A stretch of 63,830 nucleotides of DNA, counting the filler, from Chiloscyllium plagiosum (taxonomy: Eukaryota), in assembly GCF_004010195.1 (NCBI RefSeq). It is 3 parts of one record of this genome, joined end to end, with 100 filler letters (N's around TTAATTAATTAA, not from the genome) between each part and the next. Parts side by side here need not be neighbours in the genome. Positions count along the whole stretch, not along the records: positions 1 to 23,950 come from NC_057712.1; 2 more parts are not named here. One strand, 5' to 3'. Positions 1-12,915 of the stretch are shown here, piece by piece. Numbering within the stretch: the stretch's first letter is position 1; each line of letters begins with the position of its first letter. A program made the position numbers and the translations under genes. The notes beneath the pieces were generated by a model. That model was not told the DNA's origin, made no database searches, and saw nothing but the letters and a program-made list of their open reading frames with translations.

Positions 1-180
1 ACTCACCTATTGTACTCTATGCTACTTTCTCCCCACCCCCACCCTCCTCTAGCTTATCTCTCCACACTTCAGGCTCTCTGCTTTTATTCCTGATGAAGGG
101 CTTTTGCCCGAAATGTCGATTTTACTGCTCCTTGGATGCTGCCTGAACTGCTGTGCTCTTCCAGTACCACTAATCCAGAT
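1..180 (+). mobile_element. Penelope-like element 3' end/pLTR (family A), cut by window start
   Basis: Same sequence family as 17190-17415, 23401-23640 and 24051-24264 (GGATGCTGCCTGA.CTGCTG.GCT.TTCCAG); contains a hammerhead core at 90-118. Confidence 0.75.
86..121 (+). ncRNA. Minimal hammerhead ribozyme motif (family A, CpG-decayed helix III)
   Basis: CTGATGA(90-96)-A-GGGC-TTTT-GCCC-GAAA(110-113)-TGTC. Confidence 0.6.
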
Positions 181-1400
181 ACCCAGTCTGTACTTCCCAA
201 CTCCTGTCTGATAGCGTCATAATTTCCTTTTCCCCAATTAAATATCTTCCCTCGCTAACTGCTCCTTTCACTCTCCAACGCTATGCTAAATGTGAGGCAG
301 TTGTGATCACTTTCACCAAAGTGCTCTCCCACCGCGAGATCTGACACCTGCCCTGGCTCATTGTCGAGCACCAAATCCAAAAATGGTCTCTCCTCTCGTC
401 AGTCTATCTACATACTGAGTAAGGAAACCCCCCGAAACACATCTGACAAAAACGGCTCCATCCAAACCATCTGCACTAAGGAGGCTCCAGTCAATGTTGG
501 GAAAGTTGAAATCACCCATAACAACAACCCTGCTACTTCCTCATTTTTCCAGAATTGCCCGCCTATGAGATCTTCAATCTCTCTACTGCTATTAGGTGAT
601 CTGTAGAAAACTCCCAATGCGGTGACTGTTCGCTTGCTGTTCCTGACTTCCACACATACTGACTCAGTGGATAAACCTTCCTCAACAACCTTCATGTCTG
701 TAGCTGTGATGCACTCTCTGATTAACAATGCTACACCTCCTCCTCTTTTTCCATCCTCCCTGTTCTTTTTAAACATTCTAAACCCTGGAACATCAAGCAA
801 CCACTCCTGCCCCTGTGAAACCCACGTCTCCGTTATGGCTACAACATCATAGCCCCAAGTACTGATCCATGCTCTAAGTTCGTCACTCTTATTTCAGACA
901 CTCCTTGCATTAAAGCAAACACACTTTGACCGATCCCTTTGTTTCATCGTGTGAGAAACCTTCCTGATAGATTCAATATATCCTGTCACTGCCCCGTCTG
1001 CAACTGACCCCCTCTTAGACATGTGACTCTGATTCTCACCCCCCTGCTAAATTAGTTTAAACCCTCCCGAATCACATGAGCAATCTCCCACCCAGGATAT
1101 TTGTGCCCCTCCAGTTCAGGTGCAACCTGTCCTTCATGTACTGGTCCCACCTTCCTCAGAAGGCATCCCAATGGTCTAGGTATCTGAAGCCCTCACTCCT
1201 GCACCAGCCTCGCAGCCACGTGTTAAGCTGCATTCGCTGACTGTTCATCATCTCACTATCACGTGGCACCGGTAACAATCCTGAGATCACTACTCTACTC
1301 ATCCTGCTCTTCAGCTTCCAACCTAACTCTCTGTAGTCACTTTTCAGATTTCATCCACGTGAAACCTTCCCTGAAGTCCTTTGCTCCTCCCTCGCACCTC
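181..1400 (-). mobile_element. CR1 LINE fragment: ORF1 esterase end plus ORF2 APE endonuclease, disrupted
   Basis: ORF 408-800 has GKRGGGVALLIRE and GVFYRSPNS APE motifs; 1050-1200 resembles the reverse complement of the CR1 ORF1 end at 63200-63332. Confidence 0.85.
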
Positions 1401-1781
1401 TCGACAAATGGGCTCATACTGGAAAATAAAGGCAGTTGCAGTTTATGGTATTTTAGGTTCAGAGAATGAAACTGAGTCCCAACTGTTAAGTGCTGTCCTG
1501 TTTCCACCACAACTATAAAGTTTCAGAACCCTGGAATTCTTAGTGAATCATTGTTCCAAGTAATTTTTCATCAACTAGTTTCTGAACTCAAGTGAGATTG
1601 AGAGAGAGAAATAGAGAGGACAGCTTCCATTATCCTTGATGTTCTTAGTCCACGTTGCTTTTCATTTACCCTTGTCTTGATGCTTAAGGCAAACTAGTGA
1701 AAATATCGTTGGCATGTATATTCCATGTCTAGCTTTGTTGTGTTTTTTAAACAGAACACCATCTCAGGTAACTATAGTAAT

Positions 1782-1996
1782 TGTAACGTGGTCAGCCAGC
1801 TGGACCTCATAGAATATGAATTCCCTGATTCCCTGTTAATCTGGTCCAATCAGGAACCTTGGCTGACATATGAAAAGAGAAATGTCAGAAGTTCTAAGAA
1901 CTGACTCTGAAGAGGCAGTATTACAGTTAAAGACTCTTCACGTGTAAATAAGGGGTGACTTGGTGACAGGACACCAGCCTCTGTGGTGCTAATTCA
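1782..1996 (+). mobile_element. Solo LTR (probably Gypsy type)
   Basis: TG...CA termini (TGTAA...TTCA), internal CCAAT and AATAA; flanks GTAAT/GTAAC look like a 5-bp TSD with one mismatch. Confidence 0.6.
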
Positions 1997-2471
1997 GTAA
2001 CCTTTCATCTCCAGTATGTGAAGTTGTCATACAAGTTTAAGTAAAACAAGAGAAACAAATTTCTTGAGGCAATTACCTTAGAGATGTGGAAATTTCAAGG
2101 CAGCTAGTTTTGTATATTCCATGTGGGTAATCTTGGTTTGTCAGGTTATCATCACAACAACTAGTTTAACTCAGCAATGTCCTTTTTAAATACATTCTTA
2201 GTCCATTACATTCTCAGGTATTCTCGCATTTAAATTGTGAAAGCTGAATATTTATGGTCCATTTCAATAACAATATCTAAACTAATATATTTAACAATCT
2301 CACACACCTGACTTCCTCAAGAGGTCCGACACCATCTGTCGAGAAGGTATCAGTTGAAGTTTCAGATTACTTGCCTTTTGTCAGAACATTCCTTTATTTC
2401 TTACCACTTTTCTCTCTCCTTTTTGCTGACTTTCTATTAGCTTAAAATCTTCTCCACTTTCAAAATCTTAA

Positions 2472-2610
2472 AGTGCTGACAAGAGGTAATCAACCTGAAA
2501 TGTTAATTCAATTTCTCAATTCAAATTCTCTCGAGATACCACCAGACCTGCTGTGTATTTCCAACACTGTCAATTTCTATTTCAGACTTACAGCATCTGC
2601 AGTATTTTAC
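2472..2610 (+). mobile_element. Old degenerate PLE pLTR-derived element
   Basis: CTGACAA-GAGGT...ACCT-GAAA-TGTT, followed by AGACCTGCTGTGTATTTCC and CAGCATCTGCAG as in family A. Confidence 0.5.
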
Positions 2611-3519
2611 TTGTGAGCATTATTACAATGGGGAAAGAAATATTTATTGTGGCGAATATGGAGAAAGTGTGACAAAAGTAATTTCCTTATTCATATGCTG
2701 TATTCAGCCAATTAAAAATCTCATTTAAAAGTTGAACTATTACACATTTATTTTTTCACTATTGTAATCAATAAAATAAAAAGTGGCTCCAGGCAACAAA
2801 ACATGATTTCAATTAATTCAATAGTCATGTTATTAAAAGTGAAAGTTGTGGTTTTCTGGATTTAAATCAATCACTTTCTGTTTGTATCCTGCTGCTCTCC
2901 AGTCTGTCAATCATTGTACCATTGTAATGTGCACCAGGACAAGTAGTAAGTTTTGTTTTAATGAAAAAGGATATAATCACAGTGCTATGGCATTTTAGAA
3001 ACTGGGTAAACTCCAGACATAGTCTGCGCTGAGACCTGCTTTCAAGGTATAAAACGTCATCTGTGGAGTGCAATGTAAGTCTTTGTGATGAGCATTTGTC
3101 TTGTATTTAATGGATCAAAGGTAACTCGAAGGACTAGAGTACTCTTGATGCAGGTCTTGGGCCACATCTGTAACATCAGGGGAATTGTGCATTAGTGTGT
3201 ACTATGCTGAACTTCCGCTGCACCTGGGGTCAAGTTACAGCAGAGAAGCATGAGGAGGGGCAGGTCAGAGGAACATCTAGGCCAGTGTCTTCTCTGTCCA
3301 CTTATTACAATAAACCTGCATGAAATGTATTTGGAAATCTCTATTCATTTCTATAGCATACGGGCACACTACTCAAAAGCGAATAACACTTATTTCACAT
3401 GAAAATGGTCATTTTACTTGAAGTTTATGAATACATATATTATTTGGGGTGTGAATAAGTATCTCACTAATTATGGATAAGATAGAGAAGATGGAGATTT
3501 CTTTTGTATCAATTCATGC

Positions 3520-3830
3520 TATTGTAGTGGAACCTCCAGTAGCAGGTGACTATGGTGAAGGAGGGCTGCTGAAGCAGTCAAATGGACCCTCTCAGGAAGA
3601 AAAAAGGATGTCTTTGGGGGAATGGAAGTTTTGTGGGAAGAGGGAACAGCCAGACAAAGCATTTCTCAATGTAATGTAAACCTTCATTCCTTGTAAATAC
3701 TGTACATACTTCCTCCTTAACCCTTAACTTTCCTTCCGTTTCTAATAGCCTGCTGCCAGTGGAATATGCAAATCCTTGCCTCATGATCTTTGGGCTGTCA
3801 GTGTGTTCAAATCTCATGTATTATTCTTGC
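3520..3830. repeat. Unclassified dispersed repeat, copy 1
   Basis: Collinear shared blocks with 6200-6450: CCTCCAG.AGCAGG, GCAGT..AATGGACCC, TGTCTTTGGGGGAA, TCATGATC, TTCAAATCTC. Confidence 0.5.
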
Positions 3831-4809
3831 TGTAGTCAGCAAAGTTCCACAGCACAGGCATCAACTCATGACAAATAAGTTTGAAAGGAGCCTGGCCAAT
3901 TTGAGACAGATGGGTAAGATCTGAGCCAGGTTTATCTCAAAAGAGCACTTCAGACAGCTTCAACTGATTGACGCTCCTGAGAGCAACTAAAGTGGCCCTT
4001 CCAGTGCTGGCTTATCTTTATAATAGCACCCAATAGTTATCCCACGCTGTTTCCCATCTGGATGAGACCCAGTCCTTCCAAAGGACCATCTCCTTGGGCT
4101 TACCACACCTTCTGATGGGGTGGGCCAGGTCAATGAGTAGACAGCTGAGCCATTAAGTGAGACCAAACCATGTTTTTGAGATGGACTCCAAGAGGATTCA
4201 GAGAGAAACATTCAGAAGAAAGACATTGACTGATCACAAAGTTGCTATGACTGTTCTTCCAAATGGCACAAAGGTATTTCACTGAAATCAGAATATCAGG
4301 GGTCAGAAAAACATGCAGGATGTGGCAGATCCTGAACACCACACAGCCATCATGTGACTGAACAGTGATGGCCACGCCTATACTGTTGAAATGATAGCTT
4401 AAGGCCAGCCTCAGAAAGCGAGTCACAGAGGGCCATTGCTTGTGGCCAGGAGTCTAATGGATAGAGTGGAGGCAAGCAGCTCACTCAATAGTGTTAGAGA
4501 ACTTGAGACATTGCTGTGTGATGCCTTGAATGAAATGGAGTCAGATAACAATGAGGATTCCTGGATGACATGTGTGTTCTGAGATTGGGTAGGAGTGCAG
4601 TGTATCCAGTGTGTGGAGCTCTGTTCAAGTCCTGAATAATGGCACAGGAAGACCTGCTGAGACACAGAGATGGAAACAACAAGTGCCATCAATTCTACAA
4701 TTCCTGGTGACCTGACCAAATTCGACCCCAAGATGGGTGGTCTGCCACAGAGACTGGATCCTTTGCAAGGTTCCAGTAAAGGTAAGATGCGGAGTAGTTC
4801 TCCTCAAAT

Positions 4810-5960
4810 TGATGCGACACCATGCACAAATACTGGAAAAGGTGAAAACCTATCCAGGTACGTCCTGAAAAAGCAGGACAAGTCCAACCTGCCTGATTAC
4901 TGCCCCGTACAGTGTCCGCTTGATGGATGTATCATCATCAACTGTGCTGTTAAGCTGCACCTACTTTGCAATAACCTGCTCACTGATGCTCAGTTTGCCA
5001 GGACCACTCAGCTCCTGATGTCATGACAGCTTCGGTTCAACACAAAAGCCGAATTCATCATGGCCTTCTCTCCATCATAAGGTCAGAAGTGGGAATGTTT
5101 GCCAATGATTGCACAATATTCAGCACCATTCAGAACTTCAAGATACCAAAGCAGTCCATTTGAAATGCAAAACGATGTGGACAATATCCTTATTTAAGCT
5201 GACATGTTGCAAATAATATGGGTGCCATTTAGTGTCATGCAATGAATATCTCCATCAAGAAAGAATTTAATCCAACACCCATTGACATTCAAAGGTATTA
5301 CTAACAGTAAATTCCCAACTATCTACATTATGTTGGGTTACCATTGACCAGAAACTGGAACTGAACTAGCCATATAAATGCAGTGGCTACAACAGCAGGT
5401 CAGAGATGAAGAATCCTGTCGTGTGTAACTCAGCTCCTGATTCCCAGAGCCCATCTACAATCAACAAGACACAAGTCACAAATGCAATGGAATACTCCAT
5501 CCGTGTCTGGCTCAGTGCAGCTGTAAAATGAATCAGAAAGGTTTATACCATCCAGGACAATTCAGTCCACTTGCTTGGCACCACATCCACAAATGTTCAC
5601 TCCCTCCACCACCGACACTCAGTAGCAGCAGTGTGTACAATCCCACGAGATGCACTGTAGAAATTCACCAAGGTTCGTTAGATATCACCTTCTAAACCCC
5701 CAACCACTGCCATCTAGAAGGATGGGCAGCAGATACATGGGAGCACCACCATCTTTAATTTTCTCTTCAAGCCTCTCACCATCTTGGAAATAAATTACTG
5801 TTTTATTGGTGTCGCTGTATCAAAATCCTAGAACTCCATCCCTAACTGCATTGTGGGTATACCTGCATCAAATTGACTGCAGTGGTGCAAGGGATCATTA
5901 ATAATTGCTGGCCCAACCAGTGATGACCACATTCTTTTAATGGAAAAACAAATAAAACCC
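4810..5960 (+). mobile_element. Degenerate L2/CR1-group LINE, RT region to 3' tail
   Basis: DKSNLPDYCP (NYRPISL-like); ATCATAAGGTCAGAAGTGGGAATGTTTGCCAATGATTGC (FADD-like); homologous to 10150-11150 and 58430-59003. Confidence 0.7.
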
Positions 5961-6199
5961 AACCCTTACCACTTGCCCAGATTAGCGATGCAAGGAGAGA
6001 GTTCTGCCAGTAATGTGGATTTGAACACATTCTGTTCATCATGGTGCAATCAAGTCTGCCAGTTACACAGTTGCTGAGAAAAGAGTCATTAAGTGTGATG
6101 TGTAGTTACTGGCGCAGCAGGTTTCGAGCAGGGAAATGTGGAATAGTAAGTGCCAGTGATGACAGAGTGCTCCGAGCAAGGGAGCATGAGAAGTTTTAC

Positions 6200-6450
6200 T
6201 GGGACCTCCAGCAGCAGGGGGCAACAGTGGGGAAAGCCAACTGGAGCAGTTGAATGGACCCACACCTTGAAGAAATAGTGTCTTTGGGGGAAGAAAGTCT
6301 CATGAGGGAAAGGTGCAGACAGGCAAAGAATTCCTCAAAGCAGGAAATACTTCCCCGGTAAATCATATTTAATGATCTGGTGTCAGTGGAATAAAGAATT
6401 GCAGCTTCATGATCCTTAGGCCATCCTTGGATTCAAATCTCTTGTTACGT
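6200..6450. repeat. Unclassified dispersed repeat, copy 2
   Basis: Homologous to 3520-3830. Confidence 0.5.
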
Positions 6451-8221
6451 TGTGTCTGATTATGAAGTGCTTGAAGTTAACATTATATGGGTTGTTTCCT
6501 AGACTTTGCTCCCACAGGGAGGAATCTAACCTATTGGACATGCTCATCAGAGGCGTAAGTACAAAGTGTGGCCATAATAGCACTCGTCACATTTGGTGGA
6601 GTTTCTATTGCAGTCCCTGCAGATAAATATTTCCACTGTCATCACAAAATCATCCCATTTTTCCATTAGTCCATTATTGGGGAATTATCAGCAACTTAAA
6701 GTATGTGGAACCAACTCCAATCTGCTACTGTTAAAGAAAAACGAGGGTTTCTGTTTTACAGATTCATTCTCATGAATGTTGTTTTCTTCCAGCAGTTCTT
6801 ACCACTGGATGTTACTGGAGCTATTGGGACAAGAAAGGAGGATTGTTCATTTATGAGGTAGCCATTAAAATGTATATCCATAAGGATCTGAGACAATAAG
6901 TAATGTATTATTTAATTTCAGGTTTCTAGTTAGCCGTTAACTTGAGATTTTTTTTTGCATGGAAGCAGCATGTGCAATTTTGTAAGAATTCTTTCTTGGA
7001 AGGGTTAGCTGAGTTAATTGGTAGCTCTTTGGATCAACCCCTGAACAAAGGAAAGGTTGAAGGTCAATCCCTTCCACCCTGACTCCCTGTGGACACAGGG
7101 AACAAAAAAGAAAAGAACTATGTGTTCGAGGTCAGTTGATGAAGGTCTACTGAGAGACAGTGAAGCATGACCTCAGCAATTAACTTTACCAAAGGAGCTG
7201 ACCAGATCCAGTAAAAGTCTTGGATCTATTCATTGCTTTGACTGATCAAAAGCAATACATTTAGCTATTAACTGGGAAAAGATGGCATAGTTTTGTTTGC
7301 AAAGTAGAACCAAGGTTAAATTAAAGTAAGAAAGATTTGCTGCAATGGTTACTTTGTATGTTCACTTGTTGACCATAAAATAAAAACAGCTTAATAATTA
7401 TCTTCTAGCTTCATCTTGCTAAACTGTAATCAGTGTCTGCTCACTCGAAGATTAGAAAGTGCCATAGTATACATGTGATGGACACAGATTCAGCTGAGAT
7501 AATAAAAGGTTCCATTATTGCTCTACTGTGTCATACTATTGCATAGCTAGATATTCAGTAGGATGGATGAATTCTTTAAAATCAGAGTCATGCGATCCAC
7601 TGAAGTGGAATGTGGGAGAAAGGCAGGCTTTGTATTTGTAGCGCAGTCTAAACTAGAAAATGTTCTGGTTGTCAAATTTATGTAGGTGTTTGGGCGTGAT
7701 CTGTTGCTGCCTTTCCCATTATTTTTCTGGTTGTTGTGTGTCTCCTGCTCAAGTCAAAGCTTAGGGGTTGAAGCAAGACCAGTGCTACCCTTCTCTCAGG
7801 GAACCTGCTCCAAGTCATAAGGTCAACCACTCTGGAGGGCTCTTTGAAACTGTGAAAGTGGTCAAAAAGAAATAAGACAGTTATCTTTAAATCTTTTGTT
7901 GGACATTTTTTTCTAAAGTCCTGCTAGCTGCTGCTTTTATTTCCTGCGTGTTAAAGAATATTAATGCTGCTTATTTTTCCACATATACTGTGAGACCTGC
8001 TGCATATTTCCAGAATTTTCTGTCTTCAGTTCAGATTTCCAGTATTTTGTTCCCATACCAGAATTTCTGGCTTATGTATTCCACTTAAGTGGAAAGATTT
8101 AATTGAAATAATATCTGCTATTACTTGCAGTCAGTGTTGATCGTGATTCTAGATTTACTTTTGGCATGTTAAAATACAGTATAAAATAAATTATTATCAG
8201 TGAAACATTCTGTGCTATGGA

Positions 8222-8320
8222 CTAAAAAACAGAAATTGCTGGAAAAGCTCAGCAAGTCTGGCAGCATCTGTGGAGAGAAATCAAAGTTAATGTTTCGGAT
8301 CAAATGACTCTTCCTCAGGA
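8222..8320 (-). mobile_element. 99-bp hammerhead-bearing mini-PLE insertion
   Basis: Perfect 12-bp TSD CTGTGCTATGGA (8210-8221 / 8321-8332); minus strand starts TC-CTGAGGA-AGAGTCA-TT-TGATCC-GAAA-CATT. Confidence 0.75.
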
Positions 8321-8819
8321 CTGTGCTATGGATTATCTGGTTTAATATCCTGGGGGGCTTTCATGTACATAATTCTTTGAAAGCAAAGTCCCATGATTCT
8401 CCACAGTAATCATATTTCTCCCTTTGCAATGTTGTGCAAGCTGGTCAATGGCTTTGGCAGCAATTAAGGTTAAGTAAAGTAATCAGTAAACGTAGGCAGC
8501 AAGATAACTTGAATACACTCTGAATGGTTTGGTGCTGACATTCACTGGTCAACGCAGTCTTACTTTAGGGAATATGCCATTTAACAAGATAATATTGTCA
8601 AGGAGTGGAGCATATTATATTTACATGTCTGAATCTCAGTCTCAGAATGGTTTAGTCAGGTATTGCTAATAATCCTGTAGGAAGATGAACACTAATGGAG
8701 TGCTCACCTCCATTGACTCCACTAGTGGAGTGTGCCAATTCCATTGAAGTTTGCAACTTTGGTGTGTTGAAGGGATGTAATTCAGGCTGAATGAACAAGT
8801 TTGGTACCTGTTAAGGTTC

Positions 8820-9203
8820 TCAATACACACATTTATAAGTCGTGGTTACCGCCTGGGCACCTGACTCATACCTGCATATTTGTGGCTGGTAAGTTGACAT
8901 GAGACATATTCCTGTTATGAATATGCATGGCTGTCCTCCCTTGATGGCAGAATGTATGCAGTCTATGATATCCTGAACCCTTGGGCCTTCCATTGCAGCA
9001 AATCCTTTGGCACTCTCAGATTGGCTGACTCGTTGGAACATTCCATCAGTGAAGACGTGAATGTAATGATGGGTTGCAGGCTGAATGACTCTATTCAGGT
9101 CACCCCCTGAAACATGAAAACATCCATTAGGCCATTTTCTCCCTATTCCAGCACTGAATGACTCCTTGCACAGTTGGATGCTTTCTCCCAGCCAACATGT
9201 CAC
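8820..9203 (-). pseudogene. PIF/Harbinger (HARBI1-like) DDE transposase remnant
   Basis: AKGFAAMEGPRVQDIIDCIHSAIK resembles the Harbinger motif GF..I.GFP.V.G.IDCTH..I. Confidence 0.65.
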
Positions 9204-9504
9204 TAATGAATACCCTCTGCTATTACTTCACCCTGTGAATTCAGGCTGACACTGACCTTTTCAGATTGATCCTGCACCTGAGCTTCTGCTCTAATTCCCC
9301 CATTTCTTGTTGTCCTCCTGTATCCCTTTTCCTTATTGGAGGATGTGTCACTGACAGAAAGATACCCCTATTTCCATAGCACCTCACAGGAAAACATATT
9401 GCTGATATTGCACTTACAAAAACATGGCATAAGGTTTAAAGTGTTCCAAGCTCTTATAATTAAGTTTGACACACAACTTTCTAGTGTGCTTGCAGATTTT
9501 AAAA

Positions 9505-9850
9505 ATTCAATCATGGGATATGGACATCATTAGCTAGGGCAGCATTTATTGCCCTTCTTAATTGCTGAGAGAGCAGTTAAAAGTCAACCCCCTTACTATG
9601 GGTTTTGAGTCACAAGTAGGCCAGACCAGGAAAGGATAACAGATTTCCTTTCCTAAAGGATGTTAATGAACCAGATAGATTTTTCCCAACAATTGACAAC
9701 GGTTTCATCATCTTCATTAGATTCTTAATTCCGGATTCTTTGTTGAATTTAGATTCCACCATCTGCTGTGGTGGGATTTGAATCCTAGTTCCACAGAACT
9801 TAGATGAGTTTCTGGATTGTTGGTCATGTGATAATACCATTCAGCTATTG
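9505..9850 (-). mobile_element. tRNA-derived SINE with L2/CR1-group 3' tail
   Basis: Minus strand has A-box-like TGGTATTATC and B-box-like GGATTCAAATCCC; tail GGGCAATAAATGCTG resembles the LINE tails at 5890-5950 and 58950-59000. Confidence 0.6.
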
Positions 9851-9971
9851 GTTCCCTATTCCAGCAGACTAAACTGCTGAGTTGTGCCAATGATTCCAGC
9901 AGTTGCTGTTCAATCCACCCTGAAGAAAATCTGGCTTCCTGGCTTCCTTCATATCCTGAGGTGCTATTTGG

Positions 9972-10140
9972 GGAGGCATTGTCTTAATGGTATTATCGCT
10001 AGACTAATTAATCCAGAAACCCAGGTCATGTTCTGGAGACCCAAGTTTGTGTCCTGTCATGGCAGATAATTGAACACAAGGCGAATAAACATCGGCATTT
10101 AAGAGTTTAATGATGACCATGAAATTGTTGTTGCGTGTTT
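9972..10140 (+). mobile_element. 5' part of the same SINE family
   Basis: TGGTATTATCGCTAGACT..AATCCAGAAAC matches the head of the 9505-9850 copy. Confidence 0.5.
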
Positions 10141-10149
10141 GAAAAACCG

Positions 10150-11150
10150 ATGTCATGTTTTCGACTGGCATCAATGGGAATCATGGGCAAACCTTCTGCT
10201 GATTGGTGTCATACCTGGCACATCAGAAAATGATTATGGCTGTTAAGAGGTCAGTTATCTCAGCTCTAGGACATCACTGCAGGAGTTCGTTAGGTTTGCG
10301 TCCTAGGGCCAACCACCTTCAGTGTTTCATCAATCAGCTTCCCTCTATCATAAGGTCAAAAGTGGGGATATTTTCCAAGATTGCACAATGTTCAGTACCA
10401 TTCACAACTTCTCAGATACTGAAGCAGGCCAGCCTTGTTTCTGATGAAGGGCTTATGATCCAAACATCAATTCTCTTGCTCCACAAATGCTCCCTGACTG
10501 GCTGTGCTTTTCCAGCACCCCACTCTTCAACCATGTTCATGTGCAACAAATCTGGACAATATCCGGGCTTGAACTGACAAGTTGCAAGTAACATTTGTAC
10601 TACCTCCAATAGAGACACAATTTGATTACTACCCCTTGACATTCAATGGTTATTATTACTAAATCCACCAGCACCAACATTCTAGGGGTGACTGTTAACC
10701 ATACACTCAACCGGACTTGCCATGCGAATGCATTGGCTATAACAGCAGGTCAGACACTAGGAATACTGTGGCAAGTAACTCACCTCCTGACTCCCCGAAG
10801 CCTGTCTAAGACAAGGCATAAATCAGGAGTGTGATGGAATACTCCCCACTTGCCTGGATGGGTACAGCTCCAACAACATTCAAGCAGCTTGACACGAGCC
10901 AGGACAAAACAATGATTAGCATCACATCCAGAAGCACTCACTCTTTCAATTACTAATGCTCATTAGCAGCAATGTGTACTAGCAACAAGATGCACTGCCG
11001 AAATTCAGCAAAGATCTTTAGACCTTCCAAACGCATGACCATTCAATCTGGAAGGACAAGAGCAGCTGGTACATGGCATCGCCAAAATCTGCAAGTTCCC
11101 CTGTAAGCCACTCACCATCCTGACATGGAAGTATATCAACGCTCCATTAC
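10150..11150 (+). mobile_element. Degenerate L2/CR1-group LINE RT/3' region
   Basis: QCFINQLPSIIRSKVGIF; collinear with 5050-5800. Confidence 0.7.
10428..10530 (+). mobile_element. Hammerhead-bearing mini-PLE nested in a LINE
   Basis: Absent from the homologous LINE site near 5150 (GCAG|TCCAT); CTGATGA at 10441; core degenerate; no clear TSD. Confidence 0.65.
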
Positions 11151-11689
11151 TTTAAGTGGGTCAGAGTCCTGGTTATTTTTAAATTAGAACACTTGAAAAA
11201 GTTAAATGGGACACAAATGAGCTGTAAAATTTCACAGTACTTGGAGTGCTCTTTGTACATGACCTGGTGACATTGTGGCAAAACATTGATTTGAACAGTA
11301 CCTTTTAGAGAAGCATGCATATTTGGGATAATTTCCTGACTAGTTTCAATCACAGTTTAATTTTAAAACAAAAATAAGTCAACCACATAATCTATTACAA
11401 TATTAGATTTTGAAGTCAGTGGTGAAGGAACTACATTTGCCATTCACGAAAGTTTAGCAACTGCACAAATCAGACTTCCTCTTTTCCAATGTCTGTGTTA
11501 GTTCAGAACCTTCTATAATGGATCCATGTAATAGGACGGTCTGCCAATCAGTTTAAAGAATTCTCACAGATGGCAAAGCAAGAGATATTAAGAAGGATTT
11601 ATCAATTGCTTTGAAAGTATCGATAATTCTGGGGAAAACGTTTAATTAAATTTTCTTTGGGGAACTGTGCTCAGTTCAGTTCCCACCAA

Positions 11690-12140
11690 AGACTTTAAAA
11701 AAATCTGAGAAGTTATACCTGTCAGGGAATTTAAAACAGCTGGAGTTTTTTCTCTGGAAAGGGGACAAGTTATAGATGACCTAATGGACGTCTTTAAGAT
11801 TATGAGGGCAGTTGAAAATGTAAATGTAGAGATGGTGCTTCCAGCTGTGCGAGAAACCAAGTATGAAGCCTATATGTATCAACTGCCTTTCATAAATCCA
11901 ACTGAAACTTAATGAAATCTCTTTACCCATATTAGAATATGATACTCGGTACTAAAATAATATTTGAATGAATGAATAACATAAATGCCTTTAAGGAGAA
12001 ATTAGATAAACAAATGAGTGGGCCATTGCAGTTTATGCAGGTAGACCTACATGAAGAGGAGAGAAGGGAACCTCATATAGATTATGCACACTGATGAAAA
12101 CCAGTTGGGCTGAATGGCATATCTGTATCATATGTTAGAC
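11690..12140 (+). mobile_element. Old CR1 3' end
   Basis: CTGGAGTTTTTTCTCTGGAAAGG..., TTTAAGATTATGAGGG, TTGGGCTGAATGGC tail motifs. Confidence 0.55.
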
Positions 12141-12324
12141 ATAGTCACATTAAGATCATTGTACTGAGAGAAAAATAATGTTCAAGACATACATGTGGGA
12201 TTAAGATAGAGGTTAAATAATGAAGTGCAAATTTGTAAAAATAAAAGGAATCTGTATTACGTTAATTTACAGCTGAGGGATTAAGCTTTCACACGTAAAA
12301 TTAATTATTCAGGGCAAATGGTTA

Positions 12325-12371
12325 TAGAGTCATAGAGTCATAGAGATGTACAGCACGGAAACAGACCCTTT
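12325..12371 (-). mobile_element. CR1-type extreme 3' tail with 8-bp repeats
   Basis: TAGAGTCATAGAGTCATAGAGATGTACAGCACGGAAACAGACCCTT; near reverse complement of 40913-40957. Confidence 0.6.
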
Positions 12372-12728
12372 GTCTTTCATGCTAATTAAGACTTAATATA
12401 TTGTCAAATATATTAATATATTGTCAGCTGCTCCCGATGAGACAAAATTGAAATGAGATTTGAAGTTGTATTGCGCTGTAGAGTGAGAAAACTAAATAGC
12501 TGGTTCAAGCAGATACCATAAGAAGGAGTTTTGTGCAGATTCCAAGCATTAACACCATTGGCTGTAGATGTGTGCAAGTTGTCTCTGTTACACCTTTTAG
12601 ATTTAGGTATTTAACTCTGCCAGAAATTGGATTCTTCTTGTTTCAGATATCTTTTTCTTACAATTTGATTTGTCCCATTCAAGGGGTTAACCTGCTTGTA
12701 TTTTAAAATATATTGAAAGATACAAATG

Positions 12729-12915
12729 TCATAGAAGCATAGAATGGTTACTGCACAGAAGGAGGCCATTTGGCCTGTTGTGTCTGTGCTGGTTCTCTGA
12801 AGGATTGATTCACTTAGGCCACTCCCCTGCTTGCTTCCACTAGCCCTGTACAGTCTTCCTTTCCAGTTAATAATTCAATTTCCTCTTGGATGCCTCAGTT
12901 GAACTAGCCTTCACC
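12729..12915 (-). mobile_element. CR1 3' end fragment
   Basis: CATAGAAGCATAGAATGG...GGAGGCCATTTGGCC tail. Confidence 0.55.
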
